Source: Eledone cirrhosa (Eukaryota). Taken from it: a stretch of 64,000 nt of DNA. The notes beneath the pieces are model-generated. The model had not been told where the DNA came from, ran no database searches, and was given only the letters and a program-made list of their open reading frames with translations. The position numbers and the translations under genes are program-made. Location of the stretch: the NCBI GenBank assembly GCA_964016885.1, contig OZ024756.1:21018001-21082000 (forward strand), given 5' to 3'. Within the stretch, counting starts at the first letter, position 1. Every line of letters begins with the position of its first letter. Shown here in pieces: positions 1-13,929 of this stretch.

Positions 1-30
1 TATATATATATAGATATATGCACACACATA

Positions 31-76
<46 letters not shown>

Positions 77-103
77 CATATGTATATATATATACACTTA
101 TGC

Positions 104-162
<59 letters not shown>

Positions 163-408
163 CACATATACATGTATGTATGTCTATATGTATATATATA
201 TATATGTAATGTGTGTGTGTGTGTGTATACACCCCCTCATATATAATACCATTGACAATTTCAATTATGTAGTCAGTTTACCAAGTTACCGGTTTCCTCA
301 GTTTAATAATAGTGTTGATGTCTCTAGTGGTGTTGGGAGACCACTTAGCCTTAATATATGAGAGGTGATCTGACAGTGATAGGCATCAGTAGAACAACAT
401 TAACAAGC

Positions 409-529
<121 letters not shown>

Positions 530-660
530 TATATATATACACATATATATATATATATATATATACACATACATATATACATACATATATATGCGCACAC
601 ACACATATAAATATATATATACTTATATATGCATACATATACATCTCTCTCTCACTGTCT

Positions 661-701
<41 letters not shown>

Positions 702-1092
702 AATATGTATATACATATGTATATATATATATATATATAAATATGTATATACATATGTATATATGCATATATAAATATGTATATACATATGTATATATGC
801 ATACATATATATGTACATACACATATATATATAAATATGTATATACATATGTATATATGCATACATATATATGTACACACATATATATATATATATATAT
901 ATAAATATGTATATACATATGTATATATGCATACATATATATGTACACACATATATATATATATATATATAAATATGTATATACATATGTATATATGCAT
1001 ACATATATATGTACACACATATATATATATATATATATTTAAATATGTATATACATATGTATATATATGCATACAAACACACACGTACACGC

Positions 1093-1123
<31 letters not shown>

Positions 1124-1160
1124 GATACATATATAAATATGTATATACATATGTATATAT

Positions 1161-1255
<95 letters not shown>

Positions 1256-1270
1256 GGTTTATATATATAT

Positions 1271-1598
1271 AGATTAGTGGTTAGAGCGTCGGGCTTACAA
1301 TCGTGAGTTTGAGTCTTGGATCGGGCTTTGCGTTCTGTCCTTCAGCAAGACACTTTATTTCCCGTTGCTCCAGTTTACTCAGCTGTAGAAATGAATAGTG
1401 ACGTCACTGGAGCCAACCTGTATCGGCCATTGCCTTTCCCTTGGACAACATCGGTGGCGTGGTGAGGGGAGACTGCTATGCATGGGCGACTGCTGGTCTG
1501 CCACAAACAACCTTGCCCGGACTTGTGCCCCGCACCGCAGGGGAACCTTCTAGGTGCAACACCCATGGTTATTTGTTACCGAAGGGGGTCTTTACCTT
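1271..1598 (+). mobile_element. tRNA-derived SINE family B (CORE/V-like body)
   Basis: TAGTGGTTAGAGC head, GTCCTTCAGCAAGACACTTTATTTC body and CTTTACCTT tail. A partial copy lies at ~39825-39955. Confidence 0.7.
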
Positions 1599-1844
1599 AA
1601 TATGATATTTTTCGTGGGGTGGTGATATAATTTTTGGCAGCACCGAACATATGTTGGCGTTTTATTTTATCGACCCCGTAAGGATGAAAGGCTGAGGTTA
1701 ACTTTGCCTTTCATCCTTACGGGGTCGATAAAATGAAGCACCAGTAATGCACTGGGGTCGATTTATTCGACTTTTCCTTCCCCCTTAAAAAAAAATTGCT
1801 GGCCTTGTGCCTAAATTAGAAACAATTATTATTTAATGAAGACA

Positions 1845-2235
1845 GTGAATTGGCAGTATCGGTAGAGAGTTGGACGCCATGCGTATTTAGTTACGTCCCT
1901 TTACGGTCTGAGTTCAAATCCACCGAGGTTAACTTTGTCTTTCATCCTTACGGGGGTCGATAAAATAAAGTACCAGTAATGTACTGGGGTAATTGCTGGC
2001 CTCGTGCTAAAAGTATAAACAATTATTATTTATAATAATAATAATAATAATGCTTCTACTTTTGGCACAAGGCCAGCAATTACCCCAGTACATTACTGGT
2101 ACTTTATTTTAACGACCCCCCCCCCCCGTAAGGATGAAAGGCAAAGATAACCTTGGTGGATTTGAAATCAGAACGTAAAGGGCCATAACTCTGTGCTGCA
2201 ACGCATGGAGTCTGACGCTCTATTGATGCTGGCAA
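1845..2235. mobile_element. Tail-to-tail inverted pair of family A SINEs
   Basis: A plus copy at ~1845-2030 and a minus copy at ~2050-2235 share an (ATT)/(AAT) tract. Further fragments lie at 1660-1832. Confidence 0.8.
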
Positions 2236-2485
2236 TAATAATAATAATAATGATTTCTCATTTTGACACATTGCTAACAGTTTTGGGGATGGGAAAGATG
2301 ATTGTTAGCACTTTATTTATCGACACCAGTGAAGGAGCTTGATGATGGTGATGATGATAGTAATGATGATGATGGTGATGATGATGACGATAATAATTGC
2401 GATGAAGAGGTGGAGGCGGAGTTGTACGACGTCGGTGGCGACGGCGACAAAGATATATACTTAAGAATTTACAATTATTTCGTCA

Positions 2486-2582
<97 letters not shown>

Positions 2583-3397
2583 CTATTTTGTGTATGTGTG
2601 AGTGAAAGAGATATATAGATAGATACACACACACATCACTTATTATTTATTTGTGTGTGAAAGAGATAGATAGATAAATAGATAGATAGATAGATAGATA
2701 GTCTGTGTGCGTTTTCATACGCTCATCCATACAAACACACAACACACATGCCCACACATACCTCCCACATACACCCTACACATACCCACATACCCACACA
2801 CTGACATATACAACACCCAGACACATACAACACCCAGACACGAACAACACACTCACACACAGAGCCATACAAAAACACACATACGCACAAACAACACACT
2901 CACACATACGCAGAACCATACACAAACGTATATAACACTCACAACACCCACAAACAAAAGAAACCAGTTAATAGTTAATAAGCAATAAGTGTGACAACTT
3001 GTTGCTACATTTCCTTTTGTTATTCACGTGTGTCTCTCAAAGGAAACAATCTCTTCAATAAATTAATTAATCTAGATGTTCAGATACACTTAACTGGAGC
3101 GGAACTGATAGACTTTCTGACTTTAACAAATATAGCTTATTTCTTGCTTCAATGAATTTCTTGTTATCGTCGCTGTTGTTGTTGTGGCTGTTGGTGTCGT
3201 TGTTACTGTTGTCGTCCTGGTTGTTGCTGTTATTGTTGTTGCTGTCGTTGTTGCTGTTGTTGTTATTGTTGCCGTTGTTGCTGTTGTTGTTCAGCTGAGT
3301 ATACGCGATACTTGCGATAGTAGGGTGTAAATATAGTAGAGTTAGGCCCCGAGGGGTGAGCTCTTGCCGTCAGGCCCTGACTCTCTACTATATATAT

Positions 3398-3607
3398 AAA
3401 ACAAAGAAGGTGTGATAAGATAGTAGGTGGACCATAATGCACCAGAGTACTCGATACTTAGGGTAGTAGAGTGGGTAATATAAAAAGAGTCAGGACCCCG
3501 ACGGCTGAGCTCCGGCCGTTTCGACAGCTAGATCCGTTCTAAGCCAATTAGTTCGGATCTAGCTGACGAAACGGCCGGAGCTCAGCCGTCGGGGTCCTGA
3601 CTCTTTT
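3398..3607. mobile_element. Hairpin-ended element (PLE-like terminus), hairpin 3483-3607
   Basis: A near-perfect inverted repeat whose arms carry the HHR 3' half GAAACGGC...GCCGTC. It has the same ~85-bp flank as 50611-50692 in opposite orientation. A shorter relative lies at ~3297-3395. Confidence 0.6.
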
Positions 3608-4499
3608 CATATATATATATATACATATGTATGTACAGATAGACAGGCACACATTCACACTTATATCCTACTTTAAATCGAAGATGACGCAGGTCATTTA
3701 TATGTTAAAGGACTCAATACAATAAAATATAGTGCTTAATTAATTAATTTATTTCCAGAGTTTTGCTGAAGGATGTGAAGGATGTTTGTTCCAAATGTAA
3801 GAATTTTCGTCAGAAACTTGTAATTTCTGTTAAATGTAGTTGTATCTCTTTAAATAAAGGGTTTGGTTATTTCGGATAGCCCAGTGCAAAAAGCCTATGG
3901 GAAAGTCAATTATGAAATATGTAGAACGCAAATCGGAACCAACGGAAGTAATTCTTCTAATCTAAATTCTAATTTTTCTCAGATTTTCAACGTTTATTGA
4001 TGTATTTTGTATCCTTTAAACATATAATTGCCCGGAAGAGGGCGCGGTATCACAAATATTTTAATAGTTTAAACAATTTTTTTTAGATGAAGTAAGATAA
4101 CATTTTACCCAAATTTATATGTGATTAAATGGAATAACGTTCAAAGTCACATCACTATACTTATAGAGCAACGTTGTTATATATATATATATTTTTTTTT
4201 TATCTGATGAAAGCGCACCATAGTTTTCCTTGGTGGTCCTTTAAATATGTATAATGAAATAAATATTGTTTTATAAAAATATAGTTTCCATTTGTTAATA
4301 TATTGTATATATATATGTATATATATATGTATATATATATATATATATATGTGTGTATATATATATATATATGTGTATATGTGTGTGGGTATATGTGTGT
4401 GGGTATATGTGTGTGTGTGTGGGTATATATGTGTATGTGTGTGGGTATATATATATATATGTGTATATATATGTATGTGTGTGGGTATATATATATGTG

Positions 4500-4531
<32 letters not shown>

Positions 4532-5687
4532 GGTATATGTATATATGTGTATAAATGTGCGTGTGGCTATATATGTGTGTGTATATATATGTGTATATAT
4601 ATGTGTGGGTATATATATGTATATATGTGTGTGGCTATATTTGTGTGTATATGTGTGTATATATATATGTGTATATATAAATGTGATTGAATGTGTATAT
4701 ACATATGTATGTGTATATATGTGTATATATATATGTGTGTGGGTATATATATATACACACATGTGTATATGTGTGTGTGTATATATATATATGTGTATAT
4801 ATATATATGCGTATGCATATATATAATATATATAGTATCGTATTCGTATTGGAATAATCCATTAGGCGGCTAGACGTCTCTTTGATGTGTTGGTAGGTAG
4901 ATATAATTATTTCAGCTATTATTTATTCATTAATTTAACCAATTAATTACATATAGATTTATTGTACGAAGATTTTGGCTGCGTAATAGAAGAACGTAAC
5001 GCAGAGAATTGGCAGAATCGTTAGAACGTCAGATATAAAGCTTCGAAGTAACTTTATCTGACTCTCTGAGATCAAATCCCGCTGAGGTCAACTTTGTCTT
5101 TCATCCATTCGAGGTCCTTAAAAAAGTACTCATGGGTACTTTCTTCCTCTATATCTTTTTCGTTATTCCTTTCTCCCACTCCCTATCATTCTTTGGAAGA
5201 AATCTGCTGTATTCAGACCTGGAGGGGAGATAGGCTCTGCCAGGTTTAAAAAAAATATGCCCTATGTCAATACTGTGACCCTACAATACCCTACTGAGTT
5301 ACGGGATCGTGCAGAAGGCGTCGAAGTATTTTATATGGCTGCCTGAGTTCTGAATTCAAATCTTACCAACGATATCATTGCTTTTCATCCTTTCGATGGC
5401 AATAAAAAAAAAAAGTACCAGTCAAATACTATGGTCGAATCTTACTCTATATATTCTCTCTCACTTCCCACATTTTCTCTCTTTCCTCCTCTATCCACTC
5501 TCCTCCCTTTCTCTGGAAGAAATCACCTATGTTCAGACCTAGCTAGTAATGTACTGCGCCAGGCTTAAATATACCCATATATCACTTCGGGGCACTTACG
5601 ATTCCACAAGAACTAAAGCGTCCATAGCATGTAAGAAATATGCGTACACTACAAGGTTTTGGTATACTGAATAACGTCGAATAATAT

Positions 5688-5780
5688 CTATAGATATCTA
5701 AATATCTTTAGATATCTAAATATCTTTAGATATCTAAATATCTTTAGATATCTAAATAGCTTTAGATATCTACAGATATT
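5688..5780. repeat. 19-bp tandem repeat with palindromic TAGATATCTA core
   Basis: TAGATATCTAAATATCTT(T), about 4-5 copies. Confidence 0.8.
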
Positions 5781-6480
5781 GTAAATCCATTGTTGTTTAT
5801 TTATTTATTAATTTGTTTTAATTTAACTTAACCTATTTGCGTCGTGAAGTACATGCAGTTATGTTGTACAAGATTCTCGGCTGCCATTAGTTAAATATCC
5901 CATTAGTTTAATCTTAGTTAATAACCGTTAATGTTTAAATATCAGTCAGGTTTGTATTGGTATATCCACATATGAAACAGCACGCACACATACACACTAC
6001 ACAAATATTTATTTCTCGCCCCAACACACACACACACAAATTACACACATATATTATAAAAAAGAGACGGTTTTAAAATATATATATATACAGCTCCTTT
6101 CGTTTCATAACTTTATATATAATATATATATATAATTGTTTCTACTTTTGGCACAAGGCCAGCAAATACCCAGTACATTACTGGTACTTTATTTTATCGA
6201 CCCCGTAAGGATGAAAGGCAAAGTTAACCTCGGCGCGATTTGAACTCAGAATGGCAAGGACCGTAACTCTGTGCGTCAAAGCATGGCGTCCGACCCTCTA
6301 CCGATGTTACACATATACATGAACACATTCAGACTCATTCATAAATACATACACATTCGGACATATATATATACATAAATGTACATACACACATATCTAG
6401 GCATTATATAAGTCAGCTAAATAGATCCATCTGTTGACACCGATAATTCGACCACGTTATATAACAAACTTTTACAGAAC

Positions 6481-7700
6481 AATTGTTTCTACTTTAGGCA
6501 CAAGGCCAGCAATTACCCCAGTGCATTACTGGTACTTTATTTTATCGACCCCGTAAGGATGAGAGGCAAAGTCAACCTCGGCGGGATTTGAACTCAGATC
6601 GTAAAGGGACGTAACTATGCTGGAAAGCATGGCGTCCGCCCCTCCACCGATACTGCCAATCCACCGCCCTTTTACATAATTGTTTCTACTTTTGGCACAA
6701 GGCCAGCAATTACCCAGTGCATTACTGGTACTTTATTTTATCGACCCCGTAAGGATGAAAGGCAAAGTCAACCTCGGCGGGATTTGAACTCAGATCGTAA
6801 AGGGACGTAACTATGCTGGAAAGCATGGCGTCCGCCCCTCCACCGATACTGCCAATCCACCGCCCTTTTACATAATTGTTTCTACTTTTGGCACAAGGCC
6901 AGCAATTACCCAGTGCATTACTGGTACTTTATTTTATCGACCCCGTAAGGATGAAAGGCAAAGTCAACCTCGGCGGGATTTGAACTCAGATCGTAAAGGG
7001 ACGTAACTATGCTGGAAAGCATGGCGTCCCACCCTCCACCGATACTGCCAATCCACCGCCCTTTTACATAATTGTTTCTACTTTTGGCACAAGGCCAGCA
7101 ATTACCCAGTGCATTACTGGTACTTTATTTTATCGACCCCGTAAGGTTGAAAGGCAAAGTTAACCTCGGCGGGATTTGAACTCAGAATGGCAAGGGAAGT
7201 AACTCTATGCGTCAAAGCATGGCGTTCGACCCTCTACCGATACTGCCAATCCACCGCCCTTTTACATAATAATGATTTCTTATATAGGCACAAGGCCAGC
7301 AATTTTTGGGGAGGGGAAAGTCGATTAAATCGACGCCAGTGCGAGACTGGTACTTTATTTTATCGACCCCGTAAGGATGAAAAGCAAAGTGAACTTCGGC
7401 GGGATTTGAACTCAGATCATAAACGGCCGTAACTCTATGCTTCAAAGCATGGCGTCCGCCGCTCTACCGACACTGCCAATCCGCCGCCCTAATAATAGTA
7501 ATAATAATAATAATTGTTTCTACTTTTGGCACAAGGCCAGCAATTATCCCAGTGCATTACTGGTACTTTATTTTATCGACCCCGTAAGGATGAAAGGCAA
7601 AGTGAACTTCGGCGGGATTTGAACTCAGACCGTAAAGTGACGTAACTATGCTGCAAAACATGGCGCCCGGCCCTCTACCAATTCTATCAATTCATCGCCT
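6481..7700 (-). mobile_element. Head-to-tail array of six tRNA-derived SINE copies (family A)
   Basis: Units start at 6481, 6678, 6874 and 7070 (196-197 bp period), with diverged copies at ~7273 and ~7512. The minus strand has A-box TGGCAGTATCGG, B-box GAGTTCAAATCC, central GCCTTTCATCCTTACGGGGTCGATAAAATAAAGTACCAG and an (ATT)n tail. Confidence 0.85.
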
Positions 7701-7867
7701 TTAGTAATAATAATAATAATAATAATAATAGTAATAAAGATTTAAATATTTATTGAAATATAGTGTCAGTTGGTCCAATCAATACATTGAGTAGTTCCCG
7801 ATATTCACCTGTATAGATTAATAACTGAGAGAGTATATATAGTATACTATATACTCAGTTGTAGAAA

Positions 7868-8730
7868 TGAGTTGTGACGTCACTGGTGCCAAGCTGTATC
7901 GGTCATTGCCTTTCTATTGGACAGCATCATAGTGTATATATTATATATAGTGTATATATGAGTTGTGACGTCACTGGTGCCAAGCTGTATGAGTCATTGC
8001 CTTTCTATTGGACAGCATCATAATGTATATATTATAGATAGTGTATATATGAGTTGTGACGTCACTGGTGCCAAGCTGTATCGGTCATTGCCTTTCTATT
8101 GGACAGCATCATAATGTATATATTATAGATAGTGTATATATGAGTTGTGACGTCACTGGGGCCAAGCTGTATGAGTCATTGACTTTCTATTGGACAGCAT
8201 CATAATGTATATATTATATATAGTGTATATATGAGTTGTGACGTCACTGGGGCCAAGCTGTATCGGTCATTGACTTTCTATTGGACAGCATCATAGTGTA
8301 TATATTATATATAGTGTATATATGAGTTGTGATGTCACTGGTGCCAAGCTGTATCGGTCATTGACTTTCTATTGGACAGCATCATAGTGTATATATTATA
8401 TATAGTGTATATATGAGTTGTGATGTCACTGGTGCCAAGCTGTATCGGTCATTGACTTTCTATTGGACAGCATCATAGTGTATATATTATATATAGTGTA
8501 TATATGAGTTGTGATGTCACTGGTGCCAAGCTGTATCGGTCATTGACTTTCTATTGGACAGCATCATAGTGTATATATTATATATAGTGTATATATGAGT
8601 TGTGACGTCACTGGTGCCAAGCTGTATCGGTCATTGACTTTCTATTGGACAACATTGATGGCGTGGAGAGGGGAGACTGGTAAGCATGGGCAATTGCTGG
8701 TTTTCCACAAACAATCTTACCCGGACATTG
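7868..8730 (+). repeat. 91-bp minisatellite (8 units plus a ninth that runs into the SINE B 3' part)
   Basis: GAGTTGTGA recurs at 7869, 7960, 8051, 8142, 8233, 8324, 8415, 8506 and 8597. Confidence 0.92.
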
Positions 8731-8867
8731 TGTGTGAGTGGCATTATGTATGAGTGGGACTGTGTGAGAGTGTGAGTGGAACTGTGTGAGAGTGAAGAGT
8801 GGGACTGTGTGAGAGTGTGAGTGGGACTGTGTGAGAGTGTGAGTGGGATTGTGTGTGTGTGTGGGAC

Positions 8868-8904
<37 letters not shown>

Positions 8905-9197
8905 GTGTGTGTGAATGCATACATTTGCTGACGTTGCAAATATTAGAGCCATAACATTCCATGTATTGAAAAACAAGTCAAAAACATATACAGACCCACA
9001 CACATACAAACTGACACACACACACAGACACACATATATATATATATATTTACACATACACAATGATATATAAGCTTAATATTTCGGATTGGACATCATC
9101 CTGCTGGTGTTGTGTAAAGCTCCATGTCGGCGATTGTTTGTGTTTGTGTATGTGTTATTGCTATGACTAGTTCTGTGTGTCTGTATGTGTGCATACA

Positions 9198-9243
<46 letters not shown>

Positions 9244-9530
9244 TATTTGGGAGTCTTTTAATTGAACTGCCACGACAGGAGTAATTGTCAGATTTCCCAG
9301 GGTCGAAGTGTCAAACATTTGAGTCGAGGGTTTATGACATGAAAAATTACCATACTAAAGGTCATCGGGTTAATTTGTGGCGCAGACAAACAAATAATAT
9401 ATATGACAAGCTATTTGAAATTGTTTTACCATATTTCTCTCTCTGACTTTTGTTTTTTAATCTTCTTATTATTTATTATTATTTAACATTAATAGAAACT
9501 TTCTTGAAACCATCAACACACACACAGCAG

Positions 9531-9532
<2 letters not shown>

Positions 9533-9584
<52 letters not shown>

Positions 9585-9894
9585 TGTATATAGATATATA
9601 GATGTTTATAGATATATGTATATAGATATATAGATGTTTATAGATATATGTATATGTATATATATATGTGTATATATTTATATATATAGATGTATATATA
9701 TATGTATATATATATGTTTATATATATAGATGTATATATATATGTATATATATATGTATATATATATGTATGTATATATATATGTATATATATATGTATG
9801 TATATATATATATAGATGTATATATATATGTATGTATATATGTATATATATATATATGTATATGTATGTATATATATATATATATATATGTATG

Positions 9895-9925
<31 letters not shown>

Positions 9926-10802
9926 GTATATATATATGTATATATATATGTATATATATATGTATGTATATATGTATGTATATATGTATGTATATATATA
10001 TGTATATATGTATGTATATATATATGTATATATATATGTATATATGTATGTATATATATATGTATGTATATATGTATGTATATATGTATGTATATATGTA
10101 TGTATATATATATGTATATATATATGTATATATATATGTATATATATATGTATGTATATATGTATGTATATATATATGTATGTATATATGTATGTATATA
10201 TATATGTATATATATATGTATGTATATATGTATGTATATATATATGTATGTATATATGTATGTATATATATATGTATGTATATATATATGTATGTATATA
10301 TATATGTATGTATATATGTATGTATATATATATGTATGTATATATATATGTATGTATATATATATGTATATATGTATATATAGATGTATATATATATGTA
10401 TATATAGATGTATATATATATGTATATATAGATGTATATATATATATGTATATATAGATGTATATATGTATATATATATATATATATATAGATGTATATA
10501 TGTATATATATATAGATGTATATATGTATATATATATATATATATAGATGTATATATGTATATATATATATATATAGATGTATATATGTATATATATATA
10601 TATATAGATGTATATATGTATATATATATATATATAGATGTATATATGTATATATATATATATATATATAGATGTATATATGTATATATATATATATATA
10701 GATGTATATATGTATATATATATATATAGATGTATATATGTATATATATATATATATATAGATGTATATATGTATATATATATATATGTATATATAGATG
10801 TA

Positions 10803-10852
<50 letters not shown>

Positions 10853-11156
10853 TGTATATATATATATATAGATGTATATATATATATAGATGTATATATA
10901 TATAGATGTATATATATATAGATGTATATATATAGATGTATATATATATAGATGTATATATATAGATGTATATGTATATATAGATGTATATGTATATATA
11001 TATGTATATATATAGATGTATATATATAGATGTATATATATATGTATATATATAGATGTATATATATATAGATGTATATATATAGATGTATATATATAGA
11101 TGTATATATAGATGTATATATATAGATGTATATATATAGATGTATATATATAGATG

Positions 11157-11193
<37 letters not shown>

Positions 11194-11283
11194 GTATATA
11201 TATATAGATGTATATATAGATGTATATATATATATATATTATGTATATATACATATGTATATATATATGTACATGTATATATG

Positions 11284-11316
<33 letters not shown>

Positions 11317-11420
11317 TATGTATATATACATCTATATATATATATACATACATATATATGTATATATATATAGATGTATATATATATAGATGTATATATA
11401 TATAGATGTATATATGTATG

Positions 11421-11454
<34 letters not shown>

Positions 11455-11455
11455 T
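9533..11455. repeat. Long interrupted (TA)n microsatellite field
   Basis: TA runs punctuated by TG, GATG and TATG variants. Confidence 0.95.
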
Positions 11456-11894
11456 ACTAAAATAATAGATTAAAGTTTAAGCAAAAAATCGCTGCTTTCA
11501 CCCTTAACGGGATCTTCTGAAACTACACACACATATATATTTATATATAGTATACCCCGGGATTCGTGGTCCCAGTTATTCGGGGAATTTTTCTTAGAAC
11601 CTAACTAATTATATATATATATACATATATATATATACATCTATATATATACGTATATATATATATATATATATATACATATATATATACATCTATCTAT
11701 CTATATATATATATATATATATACACATATCAGAAGATCACGTTAAGGGTGAAAGCAGCGATTCTTTGCTTAAACTTTAATCTGTTATTTTAATAAATAT
11801 TTGCTCTACGGTTCTTATATATTTGATATATATTTATCCTTATCGAGCCCTCTTTGGATTTTAGTCTTCAAATTTATTATTATTACTATATATA

Positions 11895-12221
11895 CAGTAT
11901 ACCCCGGGATTCGTGGTCCCAGTTATTCGCGGAATTTTTCTTAAAACCTAACTAATTATTGTTTGTGGAAACCACCGTATATTGGCGGAATCGTAAATAT
12001 CTTTCGCGATTTTTTATGGCTGTTTTGTGGCAATATATATTTTTTCACGCTTTTTAACGCTAAATTATTAATAACATTAAACCGTATTTGGCGGCCTATA
12101 TTTTACGTTATATTTTGATGTATATAGGCATTTTTATGGACCACGTCCAATATTCGTGGTTTCCAATCTTCGCGGGTGCTGCTCTATGAACTTAACCCCC
12201 GCGAATACCGGGGTACAATTG
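11895..12221. mobile_element. Tc1/mariner-pogo (Tigger-like) MITE
   Basis: TA-CAGTATACCCCGGGATTCGTGG ... CCGCGAATACCGGGGTACAATTG-TA. A truncated duplicate of the left end lies at ~11548-11612. Confidence 0.65.
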
Positions 12222-12261
<40 letters not shown>

Positions 12262-12417
12262 TATGAAAAGCTTTTTGTAAATATTATATATCAGTTCTGC
12301 ATCGAGCTTGGAACCCTCTGGCACAGTTTCAACCTAATAAAAACAATACTGTTATTAATATTATATATATATATATAATATGAATTAAAAAATTAACCAG
12401 GATTTAAGTTAAATCAT

Positions 12418-12496
12418 TTAATTGATTAACCAACGTTTCGATTAAAATAACAGGAATATTTGTTCCTGTTATTTTAATCTCTTCAAAATCTATTAA
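12418..12496 (-). ncRNA. Hammerhead-like motif with perfect 17-bp stem II
   Basis: Minus strand TTAATAGATT-TTGAAGA-GATTAAAATAACAGGAA-caaata-TTCCTGTTATTTTAATC-GAAAC-GTTG-GTT-AATCAATTAA. The C3U change has no A8 partner, so it may be inactive. A diverged inverted copy lies at ~13510-13620. Confidence 0.55.
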
Positions 12497-12594
12497 ATAA
12501 CATTAATCATATGTCCAAAAGACAATCACAGAAGTCCGAAAATGTGAACAAATTCAGATACTGTTAGGAAAACGAATTTGATTGACTTATCGAC

Positions 12595-13477
12595 CAGCGG
12601 TCGCCAACCCGTGGTCCGCGGACCACGGGTTGTCCGAGAGAAAATGTTGGTGGTCCGCAGAAAAATTTGGACATTATTTGCAATGTTTATGTTTTATTAA
12701 TAATAAAGCAAAAATAATTGTTTCTACGTTAGGCACAAGGCCAGCAATTACCCAGTGCATTACTGGTACTTTATTTTATCGACCCCGTAAGGATGAAAGG
12801 CAAAGTTAACCTCGGCGGGATTTGAACTCAGATCGTAAAGGGACGTAACTACGCTGGAAAATAATATTCGGTTAAAATATATTTTATAACACCCCTAAAA
12901 AATGTTTTAATTCGTATCTTTCATATTAATAAAATGGAAGATCTCTCATCAGGGCGGGGGTGGCAGTATCGGTAGAAGGTCGGACGCCATGCTTTGCAGC
13001 ATAGAGTTACGCCTCTTTACGGTTTGAGTTCATATTATGCCGAGGTTCACTTTGCCTTTCATCCTTACGGGGGCGACAAAATAAAGTACCAGTAATGCAC
13101 TGGATAATTGCTGGCCTTGTGCCAAAAGTAGAAACAATTTTTTTACAAATGTATATTAGTAGAAATCTTTATGTATAGTATATAGTAGAAATCATTATTT
13201 TACAAATACATAGAGTTACGTCCCTTTACGGTCTGAGTTCAAATCCCGCCGAGGTTAACTTTGCCGTTCATCCTTACGGGGTCGATAAAATAAAGTACCA
13301 GTAATGCACTGGATAATTGCTGGCCTTGTGCCAAAAGTAGAAACAATTATTTTACAAATGCATTTATCTATTTAAAACAATTCATATTAGTGGTCCGCGT
13401 GATTTAAAATTTGAATTTAGTGGTCCGTGATGTCCTAATTTAGTGGTCCGTGATGTCCGAAAGGTTGGCAACCACTG
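12595..13477. mobile_element. hAT-type MITE with nested SINE copies
   Basis: TIRs CAGCGGTCGCCAACC / GGTTGGCAACCACTG, imperfect 8-bp TSD TTATCGAC / TTATAGAT, and internal GTGGTCCG subterminal repeats. Confidence 0.75.
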
Positions 13478-13833
13478 TTATAGATTTGTGTTGGTAAATA
13501 TTAAAGTATTCTAATAGATTATGAAGAGATTATTATAGCAGCAATTAATATTCTTCTTATGTGAATAGAAAGTTCGTCAATCAATTGAATGATTTAATAT
13601 AATTTAATCCTGGTTATTCTTTATTCGTGTATATTATGCTCTGTAATATTGTAAAACTACTGTGGTTGGAAATTTACCGATTGGATTAAATTATGAACTG
13701 TCTTTTACCTATCTTGCTGTGGACTATAAAATAACATTTGAACTTTAAAATGTTCTTTGTTCTTATATGGTTGTATTATCAACTCATTTAAACTCTTATA
13801 TATAATGTGTGTGTGTGCACACACACACACACG

Positions 13834-13866
<33 letters not shown>

Positions 13867-13929
13867 ACTCACACTCACACTCACACATACACACATACAC
13901 ACACACACACACACACATATGTATAGGGC

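Noticed and set aside
1845-1930. tRNA genes at A-box/B-box motifs
   Set aside because: These are SINE heads with no cloverleaf, and they are always followed by the SINE body.
2302-2460. Acidic Asp-rich ORF
   Set aside because: It is a (GAT)n trinucleotide repeat next to a SINE fragment.
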